This document shows, in pieces, positions 9,529 to 18,592 of a stretch of 64,000 nucleotides of DNA. The notes under the pieces were generated by a model. It was not told the DNA's origin and ran no database searches. It was given only the letters and a program-made list of their open reading frames with translations. The position numbers and the translations under genes are program-made. The stretch spans positions 1,389 through 65,388 of the forward strand of contig JASFEA010000001.1 of NCBI GenBank assembly GCA_050125095.1, read 5' to 3'. Source of the stretch: a bacterium (GTDB lineage: Bacteria > Arandabacterota > Arandabacteria > Arandabacterales > JALGWA01). The number at the start of each line of letters is the position of its first letter. Positions within the stretch are counted from its first letter, which is position 1.

Positions 9529-10356
9529 TTGAGACTTACGGGCCCCGGCGGAATCCATCACTACGTGGAGCGATTCCTGCGCTCCAATTCAAGCAGATTC
9601 GCAGGAAAGACGGTCGTAGATATTCCGGCAGGGACGGGGCGTTCTTCGGACGTGTTACGGAGCCTGGGAGCCCGGGTTGAGGCCTTCGACCTCTTTCCGG
9701 AGTCGTTCGCGGTGGATGGCCTGGAATGCAGGAAGGCCGACCTATCGCGTGACATCCCTCTTATGAGCGGCGCGGCGGATTATGTGCTCTCTCAGGAAGG
9801 AGTCGAGCATATTCCCGACCAGGTCGGCATGTTCCGAGAGTTCAATCGCATTCTCAAGAAAGGCGGCGGTCTCTTAATCACAACTCCCAACTATTCCAAC
9901 CTGAGAATCAAGATCGGGCAGCTTCTTTCGGAAAGCGAATACGCGTATAAGAAGATGCCGCCCAATGAACTGGACTCGATCTGGGGGCACGGCGCCGAAT
10001 GTGGTGATGTCTATTATGGGCATGTGTTCCCTGTCGGTATACAGAAACTGCGACTGCTCGCGAGGGTGGCCGGTTTTGCGATCAAGAAGGTCCACCGTAC
10101 CCGGGTGAACGGCTCTTCACTTGCCCTGATGTTTCTTTTCTATCCCCTGATTCTGACGGTGAATTATCTCGCGTATCTGAGGGCGATCGCGAAGCGAAAG
10201 GAAATTCCAATCGAGCAAAAGAGAGAGGTGTACGGCGAGGTCCTGAGATATGGAATCGACCCGCGAATTCTCCTCGACGGCTATCTGTTTGTGGAGTTCG
10301 AGAAAGAACATGAGGTCTCCGAGGAATTCTCGCGCCTGAGGGACAGGGACGCATAG
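9529..10356 (+). CDS. Class I SAM-dependent methyltransferase
   Basis: Motif I VVDIPAGTGRSS, the acidic residue after beta-2 (EAFDL), and motif post-I/II ...NRILKKGGGLLITTPN. The ORF begins with a non-ATG or leucine codon in the track, so the start is uncertain. Confidence 0.65.
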   Translation: MRLTGPGGIHHYVERFLRSNSSRFAGKTVVDIPAGTGRSSDVLRSLGARVEAFDLFPESFAVDGLECRKADLSRDIPLMSGAADYVLSQEGVEHIPDQVGMFREFNRILKKGGGLLITTPNYSNLRIKIGQLLSESEYAYKKMPPNELDSIWGHGAECGDVYYGHVFPVGIQKLRLLARVAGFAIKKVHRTRVNGSSLALMFLFYPLILTVNYLAYLRAIAKRKEIPIEQKREVYGEVLRYGIDPRILLDGYLFVEFEKEHEVSEEFSRLRDRDA

Positions 10357-10365
10357 AGATATGTC

Positions 10366-10393
10366 TTGACGGGTTGTGGAGCGTCACTAGACT
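10366..10393 (+). promoter_or_regulatory. Sigma-70-like promoter candidate TTGACG-N16-TAGACT
   Basis: Located 44 nt upstream of the 10437 start. Follows the same TTGACR/TAGNNT pattern seen at four other intergenic sites in the window. Confidence 0.35.
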
Positions 10394-10436
10394 CTGAGAC
10401 ATAGATGTCGGATTTAAGACAGGGAGAGATACACAT

Positions 10437-11279
10437 ATGACAATCCGGAAGACTTCGCTAGTGCTGCTTGCTTTACTGGTCTGTTTCTGTCCCGCGCTGG
10501 CTGCTGATGACGGCGTGGCAGAGCTGCCCTGGGAGAAGGGGTCCGTGAACCTGGGCGCGTACATGGCCGACCTCAACAGCTCTTTTCGCCTGGGGCTCGA
10601 CAATGTGGGACTCGGTCTCATTCTCGATACTGAGAAGTTTCTCGGGATGAAGGCCAATGACTACGCCTTCCGCGTCGGGGGCGCATACCGTATGGGCGAG
10701 AGCATGCGGCATAAGTTCGAGTTCGTATGGTTCAGCTTCGACCGGCGCTCTGAGAAGGAGATCACTGAAGATATAGAGCTGCCCCCGGAGCTGGGCGGAG
10801 ACACGCTCTACGTGGGCACGACGATCACCAGCACCTTCAAGTTCGACATAATAAAGGCCAAGTACAAGTATTCGATTGTACTCGACAACCGGGTCGACAT
10901 GAATGTCGGGTTGGGCTTTTATGTAATGCCGGTGACGATAGGTCTCGGGAAGAAGGGTGAGGAGCTCAAGTCTCAGGACATCACCGCGCCGCTCCCGGTT
11001 TTCGGTCTTGGCGTCGATGTGATCCTCACGCCCCGCTGGTTGCTCAAACAGAACCTGGACATCTTCTTCCTTAAGATCGGCAATTTCAGGGGGTCCATAC
11101 TGAACGCCCAAATGGCGCTCGAATACTCCAGATGGAAACACTGGGGAGTGGGGGCGGGCGTCGACGGGCTGCAGCTCAAGGTAGAGGCAGACGGCGACGA
11201 CTACCCGCTTATGGATTTCGTCGGGTCCCTTCAATTCTCTTATTTCGGCGCCCAGCTGTATGTCAAGTTCCTGTATTGA
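10437..11279 (+). CDS. Predicted secreted/outer-membrane beta-barrel protein (hypothetical)
   Basis: Signal peptide LVLLALLVCFCPALAADDG. Beta-strand-rich composition. C-terminal LYVKFLY has terminal aromatic residues. Confidence 0.5.
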   Translation: MTIRKTSLVLLALLVCFCPALAADDGVAELPWEKGSVNLGAYMADLNSSFRLGLDNVGLGLILDTEKFLGMKANDYAFRVGGAYRMGESMRHKFEFVWFSFDRRSEKEITEDIELPPELGGDTLYVGTTITSTFKFDIIKAKYKYSIVLDNRVDMNVGLGFYVMPVTIGLGKKGEELKSQDITAPLPVFGLGVDVILTPRWLLKQNLDIFFLKIGNFRGSILNAQMALEYSRWKHWGVGAGVDGLQLKVEADGDDYPLMDFVGSLQFSYFGAQLYVKFLY

Positions 11280-11315
11280 TCTGGCAGGTTTCAGGTCTGC
11301 CGCTGTGACGCGCAT

Positions 11316-11344
11316 TTGACACGCGGACGCGGTCTGGATATATT
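11316..11344 (+). promoter_or_regulatory. Sigma-70-like promoter candidate TTGACA-N17-TATATT
   Basis: The spacing is optimal (17 nt). Located about 25 nt upstream of the 11369 start. Confidence 0.4.
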
Positions 11345-11368
11345 CTGCCAGGGGCACTCCTTTCCAAT

Positions 11369-12478
11369 ATGCGGAAGGTCGGTATGAAGAGAATCTTGCT
11401 GCTTGCCGTGTTCCCGATTGTTCTCGCCTTAACCGTTCCCGCCCGCACCGCTACTCCGGATGAAAACCTGGAGGAGGCCATCGATTACCTGGTGGAGTTC
11501 GTCCGGACTTCGGATGTCGTATTCATACGTAACGACAAGGAGCACAATCCGGAAGAGGCGGCCTCGCATATGCTCAAGAAATACAAGTACGCAAAGAGGA
11601 AGGTGAAGACCCCCGAGGATTTCATCAGGTACTGCGCCACCGAGAGCACGATGAGCGGGAAGCCCTACCGTGTGAGGCTTGAGGACGGCAGAACCATTAC
11701 GTCTGAGGAGTGGCTGCTCGCGGCGCTCGAAGACTACAGGAGAGCCGACGGGGGTGAGGGTTTCGTCTTCGAGATGAGGGAGTTCCGCAAGCAGTATGGC
11801 ACCTGTCCGGCGCCGCAGGAGGACTGCGCGTCGGTAGTGGTGCGCTACCCGGAAATAAGCGGGGCGGACGCGAATTCCGCCATGGGAGCGATCGCCCGCG
11901 ATATCATGGCGCGCCTGGTGGCTCCCGTGTATGAGGATACGGAGCCCGGCACTCTTGCGGAGCTGGCCGATACCTTCATTGGGGCCTACAAGAACATGCA
12001 GACCGATTTCCCGGACTACAGGCTGGGCTGGATGCTCGAAAGAGAGGCCTCGGTCGAGTTCACGTGTGACTCTCTTGTCTCCATCGCCTACACCGAGATG
12101 TCCTTTGCGGGGGGCGCCCATCCCAACTCCAGGAAGAGATTCGCCAACTACCGGATGTCGGACGGCTCGTTGATCGATCTTAAGGATATCCTGGTTGAAG
12201 GGTACCGGAAGCAACTCACGAGGGCGGCGGAGATGGCCTTCAGGGCGGACAGACAACTGGATGAAGACGACAGCCTCGAGGAGGCCGGCTTCTGGTTCGA
12301 GGGCGGCGAGTTTGATCTGAATGACAACTTCGGTATCGCTGCCGGCGGACTCGTTTTTCACTTCGGTTATTACGAGATCGCGCCCTATGCTATGGGGCCG
12401 ACGGAGATTGTCGTGCCTTACGATAAGATATCTTCATTTATACGGGCGGACGGGCTTCTAAAAGGAGTTGTCAGGTGA
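11369..12478 (+). CDS. Exported hypothetical protein with DUF3298-like (RsiV-type, GGAHP motif) C-terminal region
   Basis: Signal peptide ILLLAVFPIVLALTVPA. The C-terminal region contains ...YTEMSFAGGAHPNS..., which is reminiscent of DUF3298/DUF4163. The N-terminal domain is unassigned. Confidence 0.5.
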   Translation: MRKVGMKRILLLAVFPIVLALTVPARTATPDENLEEAIDYLVEFVRTSDVVFIRNDKEHNPEEAASHMLKKYKYAKRKVKTPEDFIRYCATESTMSGKPYRVRLEDGRTITSEEWLLAALEDYRRADGGEGFVFEMREFRKQYGTCPAPQEDCASVVVRYPEISGADANSAMGAIARDIMARLVAPVYEDTEPGTLAELADTFIGAYKNMQTDFPDYRLGWMLEREASVEFTCDSLVSIAYTEMSFAGGAHPNSRKRFANYRMSDGSLIDLKDILVEGYRKQLTRAAEMAFRADRQLDEDDSLEEAGFWFEGGEFDLNDNFGIAAGGLVFHFGYYEIAPYAMGPTEIVVPYDKISSFIRADGLLKGVVR

Positions 12479-14844
12479 AATCTATTATCACTGCTTTGAC
12501 GGTGGTGGTGGGCCTGGCCGGCCCGTCGACTGCATCGGGCGCGATAGAGTGGCCTCAGCAGATCGACACGGCCGAGGCCACTATTGTCATATACCAGCCC
12601 CAGCTGGAGTCATTTGAGGGGAACAAACTGTCCGCGCGGGCGGCCGTTTCGGTTAAGGGCCGCGAAGCCCAGGAGCCCGTCTTCGGGGCCGCCTGGGTGG
12701 ACGCCAGGGTATCGACAGACACCGATGAGAGGACAGTGCATCTGATATCGGCTGAAGTCACGGCGGTCAAGTTCCCCGAGGCGACGGACGAGCAGGTCGA
12801 GTGGTTCAAAGGGGTGGTGAAGGCGGAGATCGAGAGCTGGGGTCTGACGATGTCGCTTGACCAGCTCATAGCTGACCTAGACCTCACGGAGAAGGAGATA
12901 GCAGCCTCCGAGAACCTCAAAAACGATCCCCCCCGGGTCATTTACAGAACCGAGCCCGCGGTCCTGGTCCTGATCGACGGCGACCCGGTTCTACAGGATG
13001 TCGAGGAAGGCCTCAAGGCGGTCGTGAACACGTCATTCTTCATAGTCTACGACACGCAATCTGAGACGTATTATCTGACGGGAGGCGATTACTGGTACTC
13101 GACCAATAACCTCGAAGGTGAGTGGAGGCAGATCGATTCGCCGCCGAAGAAAATCAGCGACCTGGCCGCTGAGATGCAGATGATGTCAGAGGACGACATG
13201 GAGAAGGTCTCCGCGGCGATGGACAGCGCGGGTTTCTCGGCCGATGTCGCCCCTGAGATCGTCGTTGCCGACGAGCCCGCAGAGCTCATCGTCTCTGACG
13301 GAGCCGCAGATTTCGCGCCGATTGAGGGGACGGGTCTCCTCTATATGACCAACTCCGAGACGGACATCATAATGGTGATAGACAGCCAGAAGTACTACGT
13401 GCTTCTGGCCGGCCGCTGGTATGCGTCGGAAAAAATGTCGGGGGGTACCTGGGCTTTCGTTCCCCCGGACGATCTGCCGGAGGACTTTGCAAGCATCCCC
13501 GAGGACTCGGACATCGGAGAAGTGAGGGCGAGCGTCCCGGGCACGGTGGAGGCCAAGGAGGCCGTGCTCGAGAACCAGATCCCGCAGACGGCGGCGGTGC
13601 ACCGAGACAGCGCGGCGGTGGAGGTCACCTATGACGGAGATCCGGAGTTCGAGAAGTGCGGCGACTCGGGTGTTTATTATGCGAAGAATACCGACAAAGC
13701 CGTGCTCATGATTGACAGGACCTATTACTGCTGTGACGACGCGGTCTGGTTCGTATCCGGCTCGCCCGACGGACCTTACGAGGTAGCGGACGAAGTGCCC
13801 GATGAGATAAGGACGATGGGCCCGGAGTGCCCTCACTATAACGTCAAGTATGTCTATATATATGATTCCACGCCTGAAGTCGTCTATGTGGGTTACACGC
13901 CCGGATACACCTGCTCTTATGTGTACGCGGGGACAGTCGTCTACGGCACGGGATGGTGGTACCGGCCATGGTGGGGCACATATTATTATCCGAGGCCTGT
14001 GACCTGGGGGTTCGGAGTCCACTACAATCCCTATACCGGCTGGGGCTTTTCCTTCGGTATGAGCTTCGGGTGGGTGGGATGGCGTTGGGGTTGGTGGGGA
14101 CCGCATTATGGCGGTTGGTGGGGACCGGGGGGTTATCGATGGGGTTACAGGCACGGCTATCGGCACGGATATTATCATGGTTACCGCCATGGATACTATG
14201 CCGGACGACGCGCGGGCTATGTTCATGGTCGCGCCGACGCCGCGCTCCGTAATCATAATAACATTTACAGAAACAAGCCGGGAGTGAGGCCGGCGGACCG
14301 CCCCGTTACGCGGCCGTCCACCCGACCGTCGACGCAGCCATCGACCCGGCCGTCGACCCGGCCGTCCACGCAGCCATCGACGCGGCCGTCCACGCAGCCG
14401 TCCACCCGGCCGTCGACGCAGCCATCGACCCGGCCGTCGACGCAGCCATCGACGCGGCCGTCGACGCAGCCATCGACCCGGCCGTCGACAATGCCGGCAT
14501 CCCCTGCGGATGGTTCGACTATGGACAGGAGTAGACCTGCCCAGACTCAGAATAATGTGTTTGCCGACAAGAACGGCAATGTCTACAGAAAGACCGACAG
14601 CGGGTGGCAGTCGCGGGACGGGGGCAACTGGAACAGCCCCGACAGGTCCTCGCCGAGTACGAGGCAGAATTTCAATAGCAATAGATCAGATCTCAACCGG
14701 CAGTCCATGGCGCGCGACCGTGGGAATCAGAGGACCCAGACCTATAATAACTGGCAGAGCACCCAGCCCGCGGGCCGGCAACGGCCCCAGACCCAGCAGC
14801 GGCCGAGCGGCGCAAAGGGCGGGAGCAACCGCACGCGCAGGTGA
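12475..14844 (+). CDS. Large secreted hypothetical protein with a Trp/Gly/Tyr-rich segment, PST[RQ]P tandem repeats and an N/Q/R-rich tail
   Basis: Signal peptide VVVGLAGPSTASGA, a 789-codon ORF, and 4-nt overlap with the upstream gene. The composition is described under the findings. Confidence 0.6.
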   Translation: MKSIITALTVVVGLAGPSTASGAIEWPQQIDTAEATIVIYQPQLESFEGNKLSARAAVSVKGREAQEPVFGAAWVDARVSTDTDERTVHLISAEVTAVKFPEATDEQVEWFKGVVKAEIESWGLTMSLDQLIADLDLTEKEIAASENLKNDPPRVIYRTEPAVLVLIDGDPVLQDVEEGLKAVVNTSFFIVYDTQSETYYLTGGDYWYSTNNLEGEWRQIDSPPKKISDLAAEMQMMSEDDMEKVSAAMDSAGFSADVAPEIVVADEPAELIVSDGAADFAPIEGTGLLYMTNSETDIIMVIDSQKYYVLLAGRWYASEKMSGGTWAFVPPDDLPEDFASIPEDSDIGEVRASVPGTVEAKEAVLENQIPQTAAVHRDSAAVEVTYDGDPEFEKCGDSGVYYAKNTDKAVLMIDRTYYCCDDAVWFVSGSPDGPYEVADEVPDEIRTMGPECPHYNVKYVYIYDSTPEVVYVGYTPGYTCSYVYAGTVVYGTGWWYRPWWGTYYYPRPVTWGFGVHYNPYTGWGFSFGMSFGWVGWRWGWWGPHYGGWWGPGGYRWGYRHGYRHGYYHGYRHGYYAGRRAGYVHGRADAALRNHNNIYRNKPGVRPADRPVTRPSTRPSTQPSTRPSTRPSTQPSTRPSTQPSTRPSTQPSTRPSTQPSTRPSTQPSTRPSTMPASPADGSTMDRSRPAQTQNNVFADKNGNVYRKTDSGWQSRDGGNWNSPDRSSPSTRQNFNSNRSDLNRQSMARDRGNQRTQTYNNWQSTQPAGRQRPQTQQRPSGAKGGSNRTRR
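14305..14492 (+). repeat. In-frame tandem repeat, 15-nt unit (PSTRP/PSTQP) about 12 copies, equal to a 30-nt unit about 6 copies
   Basis: DNA ccgtcgac[cg]c[ag]gcc[ga]tc... repeats in phase with the ORF, giving RPSTRPSTQPSTRPSTRPSTQPST.... The opposite-strand track ORF 14306-14500 is its shadow. Confidence 0.85.
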
Positions 14845-14867
14845 AATGTCGGCGGGTCCTGAGGACG

Positions 14868-14920
14868 TTGCGCATTTTCAGACCTGACCCCGGCTGTTGT
14901 GCATTTTCAGACCTGACCCC
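14868..14920 (-). repeat. Two direct copies of a 24-nt element (minus-strand reading GGGGTCAGGTCTGAAAATGC[GA]CAA) with period 29
   Basis: Plus strand has TTGCGCATTTTCAGACCTGACCCC at 14868-14891 and TTGTGCATTTTCAGACCTGACCCC at 14897-14920. The same element recurs at 50473-50497, see findings. Confidence 0.7.
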
Positions 14921-14981
14921 TACGATGACCACGTCTATTCTCTCCTGCGGCCGGCGGGGAAGCCGGGGGGAGAACGACCGC

Positions 14982-16106
14982 CTATTTCCGGGGACGCGTA
15001 GCGACCCGGTAAGCGGCGAGCCCGGCGAAGATGGCCCCGATGAGTATCAGGCCCCTCCAGAAGGCGTGGTCCACCACCGCTCTTGTGCGGGCCTCGTAAT
15101 CTGCCGCGGCGCCGTCCACAGTCTTCTGGAGCTCGGCGAGCACCGGTTCCAGGTCGGTGCTCAGGCCCGCGAAAGCCTCAATCCTCTGGTTTCGGATTCC
15201 GTCGACAAGCGTCACTCCCAGCCTGTCGAATCCACCCGAGATGGACGAGTTGACGTCGTCTATTGACCCTGCAGTCCTTCCGAAACCCCCTGACAGGGAG
15301 TTGTCCATCCTGTCGAGGCTCCCGCGTAGCTCGGAGATGTCCCTGAAAGCGACCTGGATGTCCTCGACCTCCATGAGGCCCAGCGAGGCGAGCTCCAGCT
15401 GCCACTGAACCTGCCTGGGGATTATGTCGGTGTAAACGGTCAGGCGCATCCGCAGCTCCTGGACGCTCTCCTCCAGGGACTCGAAACCCGCGGTCCAGTC
15501 CGGCTTCTGGGCGACCATCACCCCGGCGACAAGGGGAATGACCGAGTCGCGAATGAAGAAGTGACTCTGAACGGGGTGATCCTGGGCCCAGCCATAGACG
15601 TCATGTCTTACCGCGGCAACCCCGTCATCGCCCAGTGCCAGCGCTGCAATGCCGGCGAGTTCCCTCTCCATGCCTTCGGCCGCCTCGAGGGCGATGGCCT
15701 GCCCCTCGCCGAAGGCCCCGGCTCCCGGGCCGGTGGCGAAGTAGTCCCTCATCTGTACGGTGAGCACCCACGTATCGATGAGCGCCGCATAGGGGTCCAG
15801 CCTGAACATGGCCTTGTGATAGGCCGGTATGGCATAGATCTTCCACAGCAGTGCCTGCTTATAGATCTCGGGGTCGTCCGTCCCCGCGTCTATCCTGTAG
15901 GCGGCCTCCTCGATCAGAACAGGATAGCGCACCGCGAATTCGTGCATCCTTATCCTGAGTTCGGCCGCCGACATGTCCCTGACACCGGCATGCTCCATGA
16001 GGGGCGTCATGCCGGGGGACGAAGAGCAGGCCGATACACAAAGCAAGGCGATTGCGGTCAAGGCCCTCACAGGGGCCTGCCCGTGGAGCCTCAAGGACGC
16101 ATTCAT
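14982..16106 (-). CDS. Hypothetical lipoprotein/membrane-associated protein
   Basis: The internal start MNASLRLHG... gives a lipoprotein-like signal (ALLCVSACSS). Contains repeated SxSGGF[GD]R segments and a C-terminal TM helix GLILIGAIFAGLAAY. The track ORF extends to 16181. Confidence 0.5.
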   Translation of the reverse strand: MNASLRLHGQAPVRALTAIALLCVSACSSSPGMTPLMEHAGVRDMSAAELRIRMHEFAVRYPVLIEEAAYRIDAGTDDPEIYKQALLWKIYAIPAYHKAMFRLDPYAALIDTWVLTVQMRDYFATGPGAGAFGEGQAIALEAAEGMERELAGIAALALGDDGVAAVRHDVYGWAQDHPVQSHFFIRDSVIPLVAGVMVAQKPDWTAGFESLEESVQELRMRLTVYTDIIPRQVQWQLELASLGLMEVEDIQVAFRDISELRGSLDRMDNSLSGGFGRTAGSIDDVNSSISGGFDRLGVTLVDGIRNQRIEAFAGLSTDLEPVLAELQKTVDGAAADYEARTRAVVDHAFWRGLILIGAIFAGLAAYRVATRPRK

Positions 16107-16493
16107 ATGTATCCTCCCGCGATATGCTCTTTGTTGCGCTTCCTGCTCTTTATAGCACAGAAGCCCGGAGTTTGCGAGCACCTAATGCCTCAGGCCAGCC
16201 ATCGCTCATCAAGGGGTCACCGCTTCCGTAGACAGGACGCCGTGGATCGGTGTATCGTTACCGGAAAGGGCTTGTCACATATGACCTACCGGGGCAAGGT
16301 GTATATACTGGCCTGGATGTTGTCATTGACGGCCCATCTATCGGCGTGAGCTTCTTCTGTTGAGGGCGGCGGGAGGGGCCGCCCGGCCGCGGAACGGAGC
16401 TGTTCCGGATTCGCTCGAGTCCGTCTTGGTTCTGGACGATTCTTTATGCATGGGTTAGTGTTAGGGTAAGTGGTGGTGAAGGAGGATGGCCAT

Positions 16494-17171
16494 ATGAGAA
16501 TCAGAGGGCTCAGAATTTGCGCCATCAGGGCCGCCGTCGGCCTGATTGCGGCTGCCCTGGGAAGCGTCATGCTCGCGTCGTGCACCCCCGAGGGCGCCTT
16601 CCAGAACGCCGAGGACTATGATGTCGTGGTGACGCTCTACGATAAGGAAACCGATTACGGCTCCATACGGACTTACCTTATGCCCGATTCGGTGGTGCAT
16701 TTCCAGGATCCCCAGAATCCGGGCCAGTCTCTCACGCATGACTACGATGACCTCATTCTCGAGAGGGTGGAGTATAATCTCCAGGCAATAGGCTACAGGA
16801 GGGAGAGTGACCCCGAGAACGAGGACCCCGACATAATCGTCATGGTCTCGGCCACTTCGTCCGACTGGCAGGCGTATAGTTACCCCTGGCTTCCCAGGTG
16901 GGGATGGTGGGGCCAGTGGCCTGGCGGAACCACAGACTGGTATTACCAGAGTCCGTACTACGGCAGCGGAGGCGTGTATACTTTCTCAACGGGCACGCTT
17001 CTTATCGACATGGGTGACATCAGGGAAGCGGATGAGGAAGAGGAGATGAAGGGGATCTGGACGGCCGCCATGAACGGCGTGCTTATGGAGGAAGCCTCGG
17101 GCGCTCCCCAGAGACTGGTCGACTTCATCGACCGGGCTTTCAGCCAGTCGCCATACCTAGGAGCGGACTGA
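16494..17171 (+). CDS. DUF4136-like lipoprotein, divergent paralog B
   Basis: SD AAGGAGGA lies 7 nt upstream of ATG 16494. Lipobox MLASCT. Contains DYDVVVTLYDKE ... IVMVSATSSDW ... PRWGWWGQWPGG ... TGTLLIDMGD. Colinear with the 7706-8392 gene. Confidence 0.65.
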   Translation: MRIRGLRICAIRAAVGLIAAALGSVMLASCTPEGAFQNAEDYDVVVTLYDKETDYGSIRTYLMPDSVVHFQDPQNPGQSLTHDYDDLILERVEYNLQAIGYRRESDPENEDPDIIVMVSATSSDWQAYSYPWLPRWGWWGQWPGGTTDWYYQSPYYGSGGVYTFSTGTLLIDMGDIREADEEEEMKGIWTAAMNGVLMEEASGAPQRLVDFIDRAFSQSPYLGAD

Positions 17172-17174
17172 TAG

Positions 17175-17780
17175 ATGAAGAACAACCTGCTGGCCGCACT
17201 GATTGCGTTGCTCATATTGATTTCCTCGGCACCTGCCGCCGTCGGCCAGGGATCGCTTACGAGCCTGTCCTGGGACCCGTCGTTTCCCACGGGCGATACC
17301 CGGGAGTTTATAGGCAAGTTCTCCTGGCGAAGTTTCGGTCTCGACGTCAAGGGGTTCATGACGCCGCGTTTTGCAATGGGCGCGTCTTTTGACTGGCGCC
17401 TATTCAACGAAGTGAGCAGCAAGACAATAGAGATCGAGGACGGCCATGTGAGCGGCACCCAGACACGCCGGCTGTATGCGATTCCCGTGCTTCTCACCAC
17501 GAGCTATTACTTCGGTTCATTCAGGGACTATCCCCGGTTTATACCCTATATCGGGGGCGGGGGAGGGGCGTACTATATAGAGGAGAAACTCGAAATCGGC
17601 GTCTATACGATGAAGCAGAAAGCCTGGAACTTCGGGCTCTGCGCCGAGATCGGGACGCTTTTCCAGTTCTCCTATGGATACGCCATGCTGCGGTTCAAGT
17701 ATCACTATGCATTCGAAAGTGAGGACGTCGCTCCGGTCTCGTGGTGGAGCGTGGGGATAGGCATAGTGGACACGCATTAG
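17175..17780 (+). CDS. Small predicted outer-membrane beta-barrel protein, paralog B
   Basis: Signal peptide ALLILISSAPAAVGQ. Shares the GDTREFI motif and is colinear with the 8399-8995 gene. The start is 4 nt after the DUF4136-like gene, the same cassette arrangement as paralog A. Confidence 0.55.
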   Translation: MKNNLLAALIALLILISSAPAAVGQGSLTSLSWDPSFPTGDTREFIGKFSWRSFGLDVKGFMTPRFAMGASFDWRLFNEVSSKTIEIEDGHVSGTQTRRLYAIPVLLTTSYYFGSFRDYPRFIPYIGGGGGAYYIEEKLEIGVYTMKQKAWNFGLCAEIGTLFQFSYGYAMLRFKYHYAFESEDVAPVSWWSVGIGIVDTH

Positions 17781-17868
17781 CCGGCTTCCGTATCAGGCAG
17801 CCGGAACCGGCCCTTCCGCAGGGATCACACAAAAGGCCTCTTCGCCTGCTTGGTCCCGAACATCCTCA

Positions 17869-18432
17869 TCACTGGGCCTGCCCCGTGGGCGGGTAGAGCG
17901 CCATGACTTCCCGGACGATGTCTTTGATCATCTGGTCGGCCTCCTCCGGCGTCAGATTCTCAAGCACCTTCTGCGCCGAACCCCTCCAGACCAGCACCTT
18001 GGTGTTGGCGTCCACGAAATCTATTATGAGCGTGCCCTCCTGGTATTCATAAGTGTCCACGTTCCTAGTATTCCATCCCCAGTAGCGCCCGGTTGAGGCG
18101 TAGGAGTAGCCCCAGTCGGTGACGTCCACTTTATCTTCGACGCCGACGTGGTAGAACACGACGATGTCCGGGCTGGACGTCGTGGCGGTGAAACCCTTGG
18201 CCGCCATCTCGCTGTCTACCGCGCTTCGGATGCGCATGTCGGTTATATCGCCGGCGGTCCTCAGGTGCTCGGGGATCTTGTCCGGCGGCAGGACTTCATC
18301 GAGCCAGGCATAGGTCCTGTATACCGAGAAGTCCGCGGAGGTATCGTAGTCGGCGTTTACGGCTGTCTGCTGCGAGCAGGTCAATGCCACGGCAGCGAGG
18401 CAGAATAGCGCGAGGCAGGCGGCGAGTTTCAT
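17869..18432 (-). CDS. DUF4136 family lipoprotein
   Basis: Lipobox AVALTCSQ. Contains DYDTSADFSVYRTYAW ... DIVVFYH ... GTLIIDFVD. Colinear with the 5423-5977 gene. Confidence 0.7.
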   Translation of the reverse strand: MKLAACLALFCLAAVALTCSQQTAVNADYDTSADFSVYRTYAWLDEVLPPDKIPEHLRTAGDITDMRIRSAVDSEMAAKGFTATTSSPDIVVFYHVGVEDKVDVTDWGYSYASTGRYWGWNTRNVDTYEYQEGTLIIDFVDANTKVLVWRGSAQKVLENLTPEEADQMIKDIVREVMALYPPTGQAQ

Positions 18433-18592
18433 GCAATCCTCCTTGGGTGAGCGAGCGTTTCCAGATTATAGGCGTGTCCTCCGGGGGTTGTCAATGCCGG
18501 GCTTGTGTCGCCGTTCTCCAGGCCACTTGCCGGTTGACAATGACGGGGATATGGTCGAGATTCCATATATTGAGGTCTTGAACGGGGGGATT

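Noticed and set aside
11284-11345. Partial matches (TCAGGTCTG and GCGCATTT) to the dispersed GGGGTCAGGTCT element near 11290
   Set aside because: Only two 8-9-mers are shared and in a different arrangement. In 64 kb, single 9-mer matches are expected by chance.
14296-14500. Possible CRISPR array or minisatellite at the PST repeats
   Set aside because: The repeats are in phase with a long ORF and have no spacers, so this is a coding tandem repeat. The minus-strand ORF 14306-14500 is its shadow.
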